A stretch of DNA of 64,000 nt from Planctomycetota bacterium. GTDB lineage: Bacteria; Planctomycetota; Phycisphaerae; WQYP01. A model generated the notes under the pieces. That model ran no database searches, had not been told where the DNA came from, and worked only from the letters and a program-made list of their open reading frames with translations. The stretch is from the NCBI GenBank assembly GCA_021785435.1, contig JAJYFE010000003.1, positions 1 to 64,000 on the forward strand, read 5' to 3'. The position numbers were made by a program, and so were the translations under genes. Shown here in pieces: positions 48,048 through 58,023 of the stretch (position 1 is its first letter; every line of letters begins with the position of its first letter).

Positions 48048-50972
48048 ATGGAACCCTGGTACAAAATCACCACGCCGCGTAAGGAAGTGCGCGAAGGCCG
48101 GTCGTTCAACCCGGATGAATTCGCCATCCACTTAGAGCAGGTCATCGGCAAAACCGCGCCGGAAGATTACCGTGACCCGAAGCAATTTTTCGCCCGGACC
48201 TGCTTCACGCGGGCATTGCGCGAACATGCGGGTATGGTGCTGCGCCGGCTGGCCGGAGAGACCGTAAACACGGCGCCGGTGATGACGCTGATTACCCAGT
48301 TCGGCGGCGGCAAAACCCACACCCTGACGGCCCTTTACCACCTGGCGGTCAGCGGGGCCAAAGCGGCGGATTATCCCGGCATTGGCCAGCTGATAGGCCA
48401 AGCCGGCCTGGCCGCTGTGCCGGAGGCGCGGGTCGCGGCGTTCGTGGGCAACGCCTGGGACCCGAAAGCTGGCCGTGAAACGCCATGGATTGATATCGCC
48501 TGGCAGTTGGCCGGTGAAAAGGGTGTGGCCGAATTAGGAAACTCCGCCCAGACTACGCCGCCGGGGACGGAGGCGCTCCATCGCGTCTTTAAGGCGGCCC
48601 ATGCGCCGGTGCTGCTGCTGTTTGACGAGGTGCTTAATTTTCTCAATCGCCACCGGGGCATGGCCGATCAATTCCATGCTTTCATTCAGAATTTGACCGT
48701 GGCGACCACCGGCGCCACGCGCGGCGCCGCGGTGATCAGCCTGCCGCGGAGCCAGGTGGAAATGACCGATTGGGATATGCAGTGGCAGGACAAGATCACC
48801 AAGGTCGTCCGGCGCGTGGCCAAGGACCTGATTGCCAACGATGAGGCGGAAATCAGCGAGGTGGTGCGGCGCCGGCTTTTTGAGGATCCCCAGACCGAGG
48901 AAGCCCGCCAAACCCTGGAACGGGCGCGGAAAACCGCCGCCCGGATCTATGCCGACTGGTGTTTTGAACGCCGGGCGCAACTGCCGCCGGAATGCACCGC
49001 GGTGGATACCTCCACCACCCAGTCCAAGGCCAGGGATTTCCTGCGCGGCCGCTTCGAGGCCTGCTATCCATTTCATCCGGCTACGCTCTCGGTGTTCCAG
49101 AGAAAATGGCAGTCGCTGTCCCAGTACCAGCAGACGCGCGGCACGTTGGCCATGCTGGCCCAGTGGATTTCCTGGGCTTACAAGGATGGCTATGCGCACG
49201 CCCGGCGCGAGCGGCTGCTTACCCTCGGCTCGGCGCCGCTGCAGGTGCAGGAGTTCCGCGCGGTGGTGCTGGGGCAGTTGGGAGAGTCACGCCTGGAGGC
49301 AGCCATCGGCGTGGACATTGCCGGCGAGCAAGCCCACGCCCGCGCCCTTGATGCGGACGCCAAAGGAGCGCTGAAGGACATTCACCGCCGGGTGGCGACG
49401 GCGATATTCTTTGAGTCGTCCGGCGGTCAGATTGACAAAGTGGCCCATCTGCCGGAGCTGCGTTTCGCGCTCGGCGAGCCGGAAGTGGAAACCACCACGG
49501 TGGACAGCGCGGTGCGCGCCCTGGAGGATCGGTCGTATTACATTCGCACCGTTGGCTCGGACGGTTTTCGCATCGGTTACGAACCCACGATGAAAAAGGT
49601 GGTCAGCGACCGCCGGGCGTCGCTGGATGAAGAATCCGAAATCAGGCCCGCCATGCGGAAACTCGTCGAAGAGCAGTTCCGCCGGGGGGCCAGCGTACCG
49701 GTCATTCCCTTCCCGGCGGACGGGGCAGCCGTCCCGGACAATCCGAAGCTGACCCTGGTGATCCTGGACCCGACGCAGGAATGGACGGGCAATGGAGTCT
49801 GGCGCGAACAGCTTGCCCAGTGGACGCGCCAGCGCGGCCAATCGCCCCGGCTCTATCCGGGCGCGTTGGTCTGGTGCCTGAAGAAGCCCGGCCGCGATCT
49901 GCGCGAAAGCGTAGAGCTTTGGCTGGCGTGGAAGCGCGTGGAGCGGGAGATGGCGGAAGGAACGCTTGGCGAAGCCCGCGAGCGCGCTGAGTCGGCTGAA
50001 CTTCATTCGAAGGTGGTGGCGGCCGAGGCGGCGGCCAAAGACGAAGTGTGGGGCGGATACCGTTTCGCCGTCCTGGCCGAGGCCAGGGAGTCGGTCGCCG
50101 AAGGAGGCGACTCAACAAGGCAAGGCGGCCTGAAAGTTATAGACCTCGGTGCCGGCCATTCCTCCAGCGGCGAGACGCTGTGCGGCCGGGTTATCACCGC
50201 TTTGAAATCCCAGGCGATTCTGAGCGAATCGGTCGGCGCGGGCTATATCGAACGCAACTGGCCGCCGGCGCTCAAAGAAGCTGGAGCCTGGCCGCTGGCC
50301 AGCCTGCGACAGAGCTTTTTGAACGGCGCCCTGACGCGTCTACTGGACCCGGATGCCACCTTGCGTGGCAAAATCGTCGAATTCGTCAGCAAAGGTGATT
50401 TCGGTCTCGCCTCTGGCCCGCAGCCGGGCGGCGGCTACGAGCGCCTCTGGTACGCCGAGTTGCTGGCCCCGGACGAGGTCGCCTTTGAACCGGGCGTATT
50501 TCTGCTGACCAAAGCCAAGGCCCAGGCGATCAAGAATATTGCCGAGGCAGAATGGTTTGCCGTCAGGGGCGACGGCGCCGCATCCGCTCGCCCCGCCAGC
50601 GGGCGGGCAGGCTTTGTCGAGTCGTCTCCTTCGGCGACCGGCGGGGGCATCCGCTCGGGCGAGCTTTTCAGACCGCAAGCCGGAAACGAAGAGGTCCAAA
50701 CCAAAGGCGGGCAACCGGAAGCCGCCTGCCCGGCGGAGTCCGCCGCAACCGAGGCGCGTAAGAACTATCGGATCGTCGGCCAGGTGCCGCCGGAGCTTTG
50801 GAACCGTCTCGGCACACGGATCTTGCCCAAGCTGCGCAGCGCCGGCGCGGAGCTGCACGTCGGCGTCGAGTTCCAGATCGCCGTGGAGCCGCACGCCGCT
50901 ACCGCGTTCGAGTCCGACATTCATCAGATCCTCGCCGATCTCGGTCTGACCGGCCAGGTGCGAGTGGAATAA
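48048..50972 (+). CDS. DUF499-family ATPase (predicted defense-system component)
   Basis: N-terminus MEPWYKITTPR... and LITQFGGGKTHTLTALYHL (DUF499 P-loop signature); 975 aa. Confidence 0.8.
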   Translation: MEPWYKITTPRKEVREGRSFNPDEFAIHLEQVIGKTAPEDYRDPKQFFARTCFTRALREHAGMVLRRLAGETVNTAPVMTLITQFGGGKTHTLTALYHLAVSGAKAADYPGIGQLIGQAGLAAVPEARVAAFVGNAWDPKAGRETPWIDIAWQLAGEKGVAELGNSAQTTPPGTEALHRVFKAAHAPVLLLFDEVLNFLNRHRGMADQFHAFIQNLTVATTGATRGAAVISLPRSQVEMTDWDMQWQDKITKVVRRVAKDLIANDEAEISEVVRRRLFEDPQTEEARQTLERARKTAARIYADWCFERRAQLPPECTAVDTSTTQSKARDFLRGRFEACYPFHPATLSVFQRKWQSLSQYQQTRGTLAMLAQWISWAYKDGYAHARRERLLTLGSAPLQVQEFRAVVLGQLGESRLEAAIGVDIAGEQAHARALDADAKGALKDIHRRVATAIFFESSGGQIDKVAHLPELRFALGEPEVETTTVDSAVRALEDRSYYIRTVGSDGFRIGYEPTMKKVVSDRRASLDEESEIRPAMRKLVEEQFRRGASVPVIPFPADGAAVPDNPKLTLVILDPTQEWTGNGVWREQLAQWTRQRGQSPRLYPGALVWCLKKPGRDLRESVELWLAWKRVEREMAEGTLGEARERAESAELHSKVVAAEAAAKDEVWGGYRFAVLAEARESVAEGGDSTRQGGLKVIDLGAGHSSSGETLCGRVITALKSQAILSESVGAGYIERNWPPALKEAGAWPLASLRQSFLNGALTRLLDPDATLRGKIVEFVSKGDFGLASGPQPGGGYERLWYAELLAPDEVAFEPGVFLLTKAKAQAIKNIAEAEWFAVRGDGAASARPASGRAGFVESSPSATGGGIRSGELFRPQAGNEEVQTKGGQPEAACPAESAATEARKNYRIVGQVPPELWNRLGTRILPKLRSAGAELHVGVEFQIAVEPHAATAFESDIHQILADLGLTGQVRVE

Positions 50973-50997
50973 CGTCAACACCACTGGCGTCGCCGTT

Positions 50998-51235
50998 TTA
51001 ATATCCCAGCCGGCCGTCCAGGCGCTTCCTTACGGGCGCGGCTCGGACGTGGGGCGTGCGTCCCCTGTGTTAATATCCCAGCCGGCCGTCCAGGCGCTTC
51101 CTTACGGGCGCGGCTCGGACGTGGGGCCTGCGTCCCCGGTTTTAATATCCCAGCCGGCCGTCCAGTCGCTTCCTTACGGGCGCGGCTCGGACGTGGGGCC
51201 TGCGTCCCCGGTTTTAATCCCCCAGCCGGCCGTGG
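50998..51235. repeat. 72-bp tandem repeat, 3.3 copies
   Basis: Unit TTAATATCCCAGCCGGCCGTCCAGGCGCTTCCTTACGGGCGCGGCTCGGACGTGGGGCCTGCGTCCCCGGTT begins at 50998, 51070, 51142, 51214 (partial); no unique spacers, so not CRISPR. Confidence 0.85.
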
Positions 51236-51951
51236 CGGCGGAGATAATCAAAAATTTCCTGCACGCATTGCGCAACACTCTGGCGGTCCGGGTGCAGATG
51301 AATTTCAGGCTGCCGCGGCGCCTCATAGGGTGCATCCACTCCCGTGAAGCCAAGCCCGCCACCCGCGGCCACGGCGGCGCGGGCCTTTTTGTACAACCCC
51401 TTCGGATCACGCCGTTCACATTCTTCCAGCGGCGTGTCGACAAACACCTCCACAAAGTGTCCAGGTGGAACCCGGTGTCGCACGCCGTCTCGATCCGCGG
51501 CGTAGGGGCTGATAAAGCTGCAAACCACAATCATCCCCGCATCGGCGAATAACAACGCCACCTCGCCGACCCGCCGGATATTTTCGGCCCGGTCCCGCGG
51601 CGCGAAGCCAAGATCACGATTCAACCCGTGCCGCAGGTTATCCCCGTCGAGCACATAGGCCGGGTGACCGGCTGCGATCAAGGCGTGCTCCAATTCCATC
51701 GCGATGGTTGATTTGCCGCAGGCGGAAAGGCCGGTCAGCCATACGATGCAGGGGCGGATGCCCCGCACGGCGGCCCGCTGATCGGCCGTCACTTTGGCCG
51801 GATGCTTGGTAATGTTCGTCGCTTTTGTGGTCACAGGATAAATTCCTACAAAGCCTATCGAAACGGAAATATTAGCAATTTCCCGGGTGAAAACAAGCCG
51901 TACAATGGCTCGGTCAGCACTTAGCTTTCGGGCACCACGGCCGAAAGCCAT
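51214..51951 (-). CDS. cysC: Adenylylsulfate (APS) kinase
   Basis: ...GIRPCIVWLTGLSACGKSTIA P-loop and APS-kinase fold pattern; 3' end overlaps the last tandem-repeat unit. Confidence 0.85.
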   Translation of the reverse strand: MAFGRGARKLSADRAIVRLVFTREIANISVSIGFVGIYPVTTKATNITKHPAKVTADQRAAVRGIRPCIVWLTGLSACGKSTIAMELEHALIAAGHPAYVLDGDNLRHGLNRDLGFAPRDRAENIRRVGEVALLFADAGMIVVCSFISPYAADRDGVRHRVPPGHFVEVFVDTPLEECERRDPKGLYKKARAAVAAGGGLGFTGVDAPYEAPRQPEIHLHPDRQSVAQCVQEIFDYLRRHGRLGD

Positions 51952-52483
51952 TCCACCGGGTCGCCGCAGGCGGCTCGCTGCGGCGGCCCGAAGGATCGCC
52001 CGGCCAGGTCACCGGGCGAAAGCCCGGTGCGTCGGTTTCGATGGCGCATCCGGGGCTCTTCGCCAAGCCGAAGTTTATGGCTGGACAGGGCCGTAGGTGG
52101 ATATCCGTACCGCCAATAGGAATCCAACCGATACCGGATAGGTATCTGTCTGATAGTGGGTCGAAAAGTCGGTATTACCGCCAATCGCGCCATTTCCCCA
52201 TGGACGCCACTCGTTCGCATTCGTTAGACTGTCAGGTGAAGTCGGCAGGGATTGAAGTCGATGGGCGTGGCCGGTGTGGCGTTTTGGTGCCGGTTGCGGT
52301 TGGTGAGGTAGCGCCAGGGGTAGGGCGCGCGATAGATTGTGAAATATTGCACGAATAGATTTGTGAAATATTTCACAGAATGGAATATGATGATGTTGCC
52401 AAGCCGGTACGTACCGATGCGCTGGGCCATCGTGCGTTTCCGACCCGATATTGTATGATCAACGTTTTTTTAAGGAGAACCCC

Positions 52484-52951
52484 ATGCCAAGTTTCGTAAT
52501 CGCGGAAAAGTGTGATGGCTGCAAAGCGCTGGACAAAACCGCCTGTCAGCACATCTGCCCCAACGACCTGATGGTCTTGGATAAGCAGAAGATGAAAGCC
52601 TACAACCGCGAACCAGCCATGTGCTGGGAGTGCTACAACTGCGTGAAGATTTGTCCGACCCAGGCGATTGAGGTTCGCGGCTATGCCGACTTCGTGCCGC
52701 TGGGGGCCACCGTGACCGCTATGCGCAGCACCGAAGACATCATGTGGACGGTGCAGTTCCGCAATAAGGAAATCAAGCCCAAGCGGTTTAAGTTTCCGAT
52801 TCGCCGAGGCGTTGGGGAAGGCCAGGTGAAAGCGTTTGGGCACTATCCGACCGGCGACGAGAATCTGAAAAGCGCCACGCTGATGTGTGAGCCAGCGGGT
52901 CTGAACACCGAAAATGGGCCGGTGAAGTTCACGGCGGTTCCAAAGCTGTAA
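52484..52951 (+). CDS. aprB: Adenylylsulfate reductase beta subunit
   Basis: MPSFVIAEKCDGCKALDKTACQHICPNDLMVLD..., two [4Fe-4S] motifs; canonical AprB N-terminus. Confidence 0.85.
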   Translation: MPSFVIAEKCDGCKALDKTACQHICPNDLMVLDKQKMKAYNREPAMCWECYNCVKICPTQAIEVRGYADFVPLGATVTAMRSTEDIMWTVQFRNKEIKPKRFKFPIRRGVGEGQVKAFGHYPTGDENLKSATLMCEPAGLNTENGPVKFTAVPKL

Positions 52952-53108
52952 GCGCGGCGGAGTTGACGGATCGGACGGATGAGTCGGATCAATCGAATCG
53001 GACGGATCAGAAAGAGCCGCGGGGCCGGAGCCTCACGGTGGATAAGAACACACAGGTCGCCGAAGAAGGCGACTCGCCAAGGCGAGCGAGCTATGGAGAC
53101 TTACCAAC

Positions 53109-55001
53109 ATGGCAAACTTTGAAACAGTAACAGTGGAAACCGACCTGCTGATTTGCGGCGGCGGCATGGCGGCCTGCGGCGCCGCGGTCGAGGCTTCTTA
53201 TTGGGCCAAGAAAAATGGCCTGAAAGTGACCTTGGTTGACAAGGCGGTGATGGACCGTTCCGGTGCGGTGGCCATGGGCCTCTCGGCCATCAACCAGTAC
53301 GTGGACCTTAACAGCGGTGCGAATACGCTGAAGGACTATTGCGACTACGTTCGCAATGACCTGATGGGCATTACCCGCGAAGATTTGGTGGCGAACATTG
53401 CCCGCCACGTGGATTCGACGGTGCACCTATTTGAAAAATGGGGTTTGCCGATCTGGAAAGACGCCGAAGGCAAATATATCCACGAGGGCCGCTGGCAGCT
53501 GATGATCAATGGCGAATCGTACAAAGTGATCGTGGCTGAAGCCGCGAAAAACGCCTTGGCCGAAGCCGGCGGGGAGTACTTCGAGCGGGTGTTTATTACC
53601 CATCCGCTGATGGACGGCGACCGCTGCGTTGGAGCCATCGGTTTCAGCACGCGCCAGAATAAGGTTTACGTTTTCAAGGCCAAGGCGACGCTGGTGGCCA
53701 TGGGCGGCGCCGTTCATGTTTTCAAACCGCGATCGACCGGTGAAGGCTTCGGGCGTTCCTGGTATCCGCCGTTCAACTCCGGCGCCAGCGCCTTTTTCAC
53801 CATCTATGGCGGCGCGGAAATGACCTGCCAGGAAGTGCGGTTTATCCCGGTGCGCTTCAAGGATGCCTATGGTCCGGTGGGGGCGTGGTTCCTGCTGTTT
53901 AAAGCGCTCGCCACGAACGCCCAGGGCGGCAATTATATGAAGGAAAACGCCGCGGAACTGGAAAAATGGCAACCGTACGGCAAGGTCAAGCCGGCCCCGG
54001 CCAACATCCGCAATTGGTTGATGATGCTCGATGTGATGGATGGCAAAGCCCCCATCTATATGCAAACCCACGACGCCATCAAGGCGATCGCGGAAAAATC
54101 GCCCGATGAAAAGGCGGCCAGGAAAAAGTTGCGGGAGCTGGAGGCGGAAGCCTGGGAAGACTTCCTGGATATGACTATCTCGCAGGCGATTCTCTGGGCC
54201 GCCACCAACGTTGAGCCGGAGAAGCGGCCCTCTGAGATCATGGCGTGTGATCCCTATTTCATCGGGTCGCACTCCGGCGCCTCCGGGGCGTGGGTCTCCG
54301 GGCCGGAAGATCTACAGAACGAAGCGACCCGGAAGGAGTATTTCTGGGGCTATCCGCACATGACCACGGTCAATGGGATGTTCGCCGCGGGCGACGCTTC
54401 CGGGGCCTCCAGCCATAAGTTCAGCTCCGGTTCGTTCACCGAGGGGCGTCTTGCCGGCAAAGCCGCGATCGCGTACATCGCCGATCATACGGCCGCGCCG
54501 AACGTGGATGGCGCTCAGGTCGAGAGCCTCAAGGCCCAGATACTCAAGCCGTTGGATACCTTCGCCCAGCACAGCAAGACGACCACGGATCCGGATGTGA
54601 ACCCGAATTATATTCGTCCGACGCAGTTCATGTATCGGCTCCAGAAAATCATGGACGAGTACGCCGGCGGCGTGTCCAGCCAGTTTAAGACCAGTGGAAA
54701 ACTGCTGGAAAAGGGCATGGAATTACTGGGTTACTTAAAGCAGGACGCCGCCTGCCTGGCGGCCGAGGACCTGCATGAGCTGATGCGGTGCTGGGAGAAC
54801 GTGCATCGCATGTTCCAGGCCGACGCCCACATGCGTTCCATCCTGTTCCGTGAAGAAACGCGGTGGCCCGGCTATTACTTCCGGTCGGATAAGCCGAGCA
54901 TGGACAACACCAACTGGCTGGCTTTCGTCAACTGCACTTACGATCGCAAGACGGAGCAGTGGGCCATGCGGAAGCGGCCGGTCAAGTATTTGACGGCGTA
55001 G
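53109..55001 (+). CDS. aprA: Adenylylsulfate reductase alpha subunit (flavoprotein)
   Basis: MANFETVTVETDLLICGGGMAACGAA FAD motif; 630 aa; follows aprB. Confidence 0.9.
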   Translation: MANFETVTVETDLLICGGGMAACGAAVEASYWAKKNGLKVTLVDKAVMDRSGAVAMGLSAINQYVDLNSGANTLKDYCDYVRNDLMGITREDLVANIARHVDSTVHLFEKWGLPIWKDAEGKYIHEGRWQLMINGESYKVIVAEAAKNALAEAGGEYFERVFITHPLMDGDRCVGAIGFSTRQNKVYVFKAKATLVAMGGAVHVFKPRSTGEGFGRSWYPPFNSGASAFFTIYGGAEMTCQEVRFIPVRFKDAYGPVGAWFLLFKALATNAQGGNYMKENAAELEKWQPYGKVKPAPANIRNWLMMLDVMDGKAPIYMQTHDAIKAIAEKSPDEKAARKKLRELEAEAWEDFLDMTISQAILWAATNVEPEKRPSEIMACDPYFIGSHSGASGAWVSGPEDLQNEATRKEYFWGYPHMTTVNGMFAAGDASGASSHKFSSGSFTEGRLAGKAAIAYIADHTAAPNVDGAQVESLKAQILKPLDTFAQHSKTTTDPDVNPNYIRPTQFMYRLQKIMDEYAGGVSSQFKTSGKLLEKGMELLGYLKQDAACLAAEDLHELMRCWENVHRMFQADAHMRSILFREETRWPGYYFRSDKPSMDNTNWLAFVNCTYDRKTEQWAMRKRPVKYLTA

Positions 55002-55084
55002 CCTGGAGCCTGGCCACAGCGCCTAGCGCGGCCGGCGGGTCATGCGGGGCGCTTGTGTGCGGAGGGCGGAGCTGAGGTGCCGCC

Positions 55085-55193
55085 GGGGACACCACCCCCC
55101 ACAAGTGGGGGGCTATATCAGCGCTTACGGCCTGGCCATCGCACGCGGGCTGGTCCGGGGACACCCCCCACAAGCGGGGGGGCTATATCAGCA
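55085..55193. repeat. Two ~37-bp direct repeats, each with a G/C hairpin (CCCCCCAC-AAG-TGGGGGG), downstream of aprA
   Basis: ggggacacc(a)ccccccacaag(t/c)ggggggctatatcagc at 55085-55122 and 55157-55193. Confidence 0.5.
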
Positions 55194-55271
55194 GGGTTGA
55201 CGCCTTGTCGTTACCCGTACGTGCCCGTGGCGGGCCGGGGCGACGGGGTGAAAAAACCGGGCTACTGGTCA

Positions 55272-55568
55272 ATGGATGGACTGAATATGGCGGCGGCGGT
55301 AGAGAAAAACGTGTGTCCGCACTGCGGTTCCCGCCTTCAAAAATGGCGGGTGCCCTCCGGGGCGACGTGGAATGCGGAGTTTTTTCTGGTCTGTTTCAGC
55401 GACCAGTGCCCTTACTACCGCAACGGATGGGCGTGGATGAAAGCGCAATTCAACCAGCACGCTTCCTACCGTTACGTACTGAACCCCACCACAGGGGTCG
55501 GTTCGATGATTCCGGTCTGGTCGGATGACGCCACGCGGGAGCTGATCGTGGAGGCAAGCGATGGATAA
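55272..55568 (+). CDS. Small Cys-rich hypothetical protein between aprA and qmoA
   Basis: 98 aa, CPHCG...CFSDQCPYY; no assigned family. Confidence 0.4.
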   Translation: MDGLNMAAAVEKNVCPHCGSRLQKWRVPSGATWNAEFFLVCFSDQCPYYRNGWAWMKAQFNQHASYRYVLNPTTGVGSMIPVWSDDATRELIVEASDG

Positions 55569-56598
55569 CGCGAACGGCCAATTCGGTTGCGCCGGCGCCG
55601 CGGTTGGGCCGGAGAAGATCAGCGCGGACCTGGGGCCTTTGGGTTGGAACGACACCTTCCGATTTGCCTGTCACCGCGGTTTGCCGTGCTTTAACCGCTG
55701 TTGCGCGGACGTGAATATTTTTCTATCGCCCTACGACGTGCTGCGGATCAAGCATCGGCTCGGGCTGACCTCCAGCGAGTTTCTGGAGCGGTATGTCCTG
55801 CTGCCGGTTGAGAAGTCGATGAAAACCCCCGTCGTTCTGCTGAAGATGAACGACGATGCGCCCCGGACCTGTCCGTTTCTGACCTCCCACGGCTGCGGCA
55901 TTTATTCCGATCGGCCTTGGCCGTGCCGGATGTTTCCCCTGGGGCTGGCGGCCCGCCGGGATACGCCGGACGGCTGGCAGGGAGAGCGTTTCTATTTCCT
56001 GCTGCGGGAGGAGGTTTGTCGCGGGTTGCACGAGCCGCGCCAATGGACCGTGCGCGACTGGTTCGATGACCAGTCCATTCACGATTATGACCGGTGGGGC
56101 GAGGCCTTCAAGGAACTTACCCTGCACCAGTTCTTCGAGACGGGTGGAGAATTACCGCCGGCGAAGTTGGAAATGATGTTCACCGCCTGCTACGACCTGG
56201 ATAAATTCCGGCGTTTTGTTTTTGAAAGTACGCTCTTGCAGCGCTTTGAAGTGGATGAGGATTTCATCGAAGAAATGCGCCGCGATGACGAAACCCTGCT
56301 GCGTTTCGCCCTGCTCTGGCTGCGGTTCAGCCTGTTCGGCGAGCGGACCATGAAAGCCCGGCCCGAAGCCGTGGCAGCGGTCCGGGGGCGCACGCAGCGG
56401 TCGGCCGCATCGAATGGTCCGCCACCGCGGGCATGGCCGCCGGCGGGGCAGGGCAAGACCGTAGCCCCAGGCGTCAGCGCGGGGTCCGGCGCTCCGGAAG
56501 CGCCGCAACCCGTCGCTTACGCTCCGGGCGATGAAGCCGGCGGTTTGGCCCGCCAGAGCCTGGACCAGGTCGGGGCGGATCAAGGGGGCGTACCATGA
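55561..56598 (+). CDS. YkgJ/UPF0153-like Cys-cluster (Fe-S or Zn) protein with low-complexity C-terminal tail
   Basis: CHRGLPCFNRCC and CPFLTSHGCGIY cysteine clusters. Confidence 0.5.
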   Translation: MDNANGQFGCAGAAVGPEKISADLGPLGWNDTFRFACHRGLPCFNRCCADVNIFLSPYDVLRIKHRLGLTSSEFLERYVLLPVEKSMKTPVVLLKMNDDAPRTCPFLTSHGCGIYSDRPWPCRMFPLGLAARRDTPDGWQGERFYFLLREEVCRGLHEPRQWTVRDWFDDQSIHDYDRWGEAFKELTLHQFFETGGELPPAKLEMMFTACYDLDKFRRFVFESTLLQRFEVDEDFIEEMRRDDETLLRFALLWLRFSLFGERTMKARPEAVAAVRGRTQRSAASNGPPPRAWPPAGQGKTVAPGVSAGSGAPEAPQPVAYAPGDEAGGLARQSLDQVGADQGGVP

Positions 56599-58019
56599 AC
56601 GCCAACGGGTCGGCGTGCGACGTGCTGGTGATCGGTGGGGGCGTCAGCGGCATGACCGCGGCCATTGAGGCTTCGGAGGCCGGCGTGCAGGTGCTGCTGG
56701 TCGAAAAGAATCCGTATCTGGGGGGGCGGGTGACAGCGCTGAATCAGTACTTTCCGAAGTTGTGCCCTCCACAGTGCGGACTGGAGATCAATCTCCGTCG
56801 CATTCGCACCAGCCCGCGGATCCGCACGATGACCTTGGCCAGTGTCGAAAAGGTCAGCGGCGGGGCGGGGCATTATCAGGTAACCATCCGCCGCCAACCC
56901 CGTGGGGTGAACGCCAAATGTACCGGATGCGGAGCCTGCGTGGCGGCCTGTCCCGTGGAACGGTCCGATGCATTCAACTTCGGTTTGAGCCGCACCAAGG
57001 CCATTTACTTGCCGTACGCGATGGCTTGGCCATTGCGTTACGTCATTGACGCGGCGGTTTGCCCGGGCCGCAGCTGCGGCAAGTGCGTGCCGGCTTGTCC
57101 TTACGGAGCCATCGAATTGGATGGACAACCCGAGGTCATGGAGCTGCCGGTCCGGGCGGTGATCTGGGCCACCGGTTGGAACCCCTATAACGCTGCGCTC
57201 ATCGACGGCCTGGGTTTTGGTCGTTACCCGAACGTCATCACCAACGTGATGTTGGAGCGGCTGGCGGCCCGGAATGGTCCGACGGGCGGCAAGATTCAGC
57301 GGCCATCGGATGGTTCAGCCGTGCAATCCGTCGCTTTCGTGCAGTGTGCCGGATCGCGCGACGAGCATTATCTGAAGCACTGTTCGGGCGTCTGTTGTAT
57401 GGTCTCGCTGAAACAGGCCCGTTACGTTCGGGAGCAATATCCGGAGGCTAAGATAAGCATTTTTTATATCGATTTGCGCACGCCGGGCCGGAATGAGGAC
57501 TTCCTGGCCTGGGCCCAGGCGGACGAAAAGATCGAATTCATCAAAGGCAAGGTGGCCAAAGTTACCGCGGCCAGCGGCGATAGCGACCTGGTGGTCGAAG
57601 CGGAGGACACTCTCGCCGGCCAGCGCATCAGCCGGAAGGTGAACCTGGTGGTGTTGGCCACCGGCATGGCGCCGGCGCTATCCGCTGAGCCGATCGCGGG
57701 CGGGGTGGCGTTGCAACGGGACCAACACGGATTTCTGGCGGAGGAACAACGCCAGGCGGGCCTGTTCGCAGCGGGCTGCGCCAAGCGGCCTGTGGATGTT
57801 GCCGAGTGCGTGCGTGACGCCACCGGCGCGGCTTTACAGGCCATCCAGGAATGCCATTTCTCGGGTGCGTCGGGGGCGCCTGCGGATAATGAAAATGTCG
57901 GCAACGCTGAATATACAGCCCCCGATCGAGGAGTCGCCTTTGGAGACCTTGCGGGGGTGGCGCCCCCGTCGACGCCTCAACCCGCCTCTTTTCAGAGCAG
58001 GGAGTACACCCGTGGATAA
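56595..58019 (+). CDS. qmoA: Quinone-interacting membrane-bound oxidoreductase subunit A (HdrA-like flavoprotein)
   Basis: VLVIGGGVSGMTAAIEASEAG FAD motif; HdrA-like Cys motifs; precedes qmoB. Confidence 0.8.
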   Translation: MNANGSACDVLVIGGGVSGMTAAIEASEAGVQVLLVEKNPYLGGRVTALNQYFPKLCPPQCGLEINLRRIRTSPRIRTMTLASVEKVSGGAGHYQVTIRRQPRGVNAKCTGCGACVAACPVERSDAFNFGLSRTKAIYLPYAMAWPLRYVIDAAVCPGRSCGKCVPACPYGAIELDGQPEVMELPVRAVIWATGWNPYNAALIDGLGFGRYPNVITNVMLERLAARNGPTGGKIQRPSDGSAVQSVAFVQCAGSRDEHYLKHCSGVCCMVSLKQARYVREQYPEAKISIFYIDLRTPGRNEDFLAWAQADEKIEFIKGKVAKVTAASGDSDLVVEAEDTLAGQRISRKVNLVVLATGMAPALSAEPIAGGVALQRDQHGFLAEEQRQAGLFAAGCAKRPVDVAECVRDATGAALQAIQECHFSGASGAPADNENVGNAEYTAPDRGVAFGDLAGVAPPSTPQPASFQSREYTRG

Positions 58020-58023
58020 CGCC

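Noticed and set aside
50998-51235. Possible CRISPR array
   Set aside because: The 72-bp units are directly tandem with no unique spacers, and no cas genes are nearby. This is a plain tandem repeat.
53427-54272. 281-aa minus-strand ORF
   Set aside because: It is antisense to aprA.
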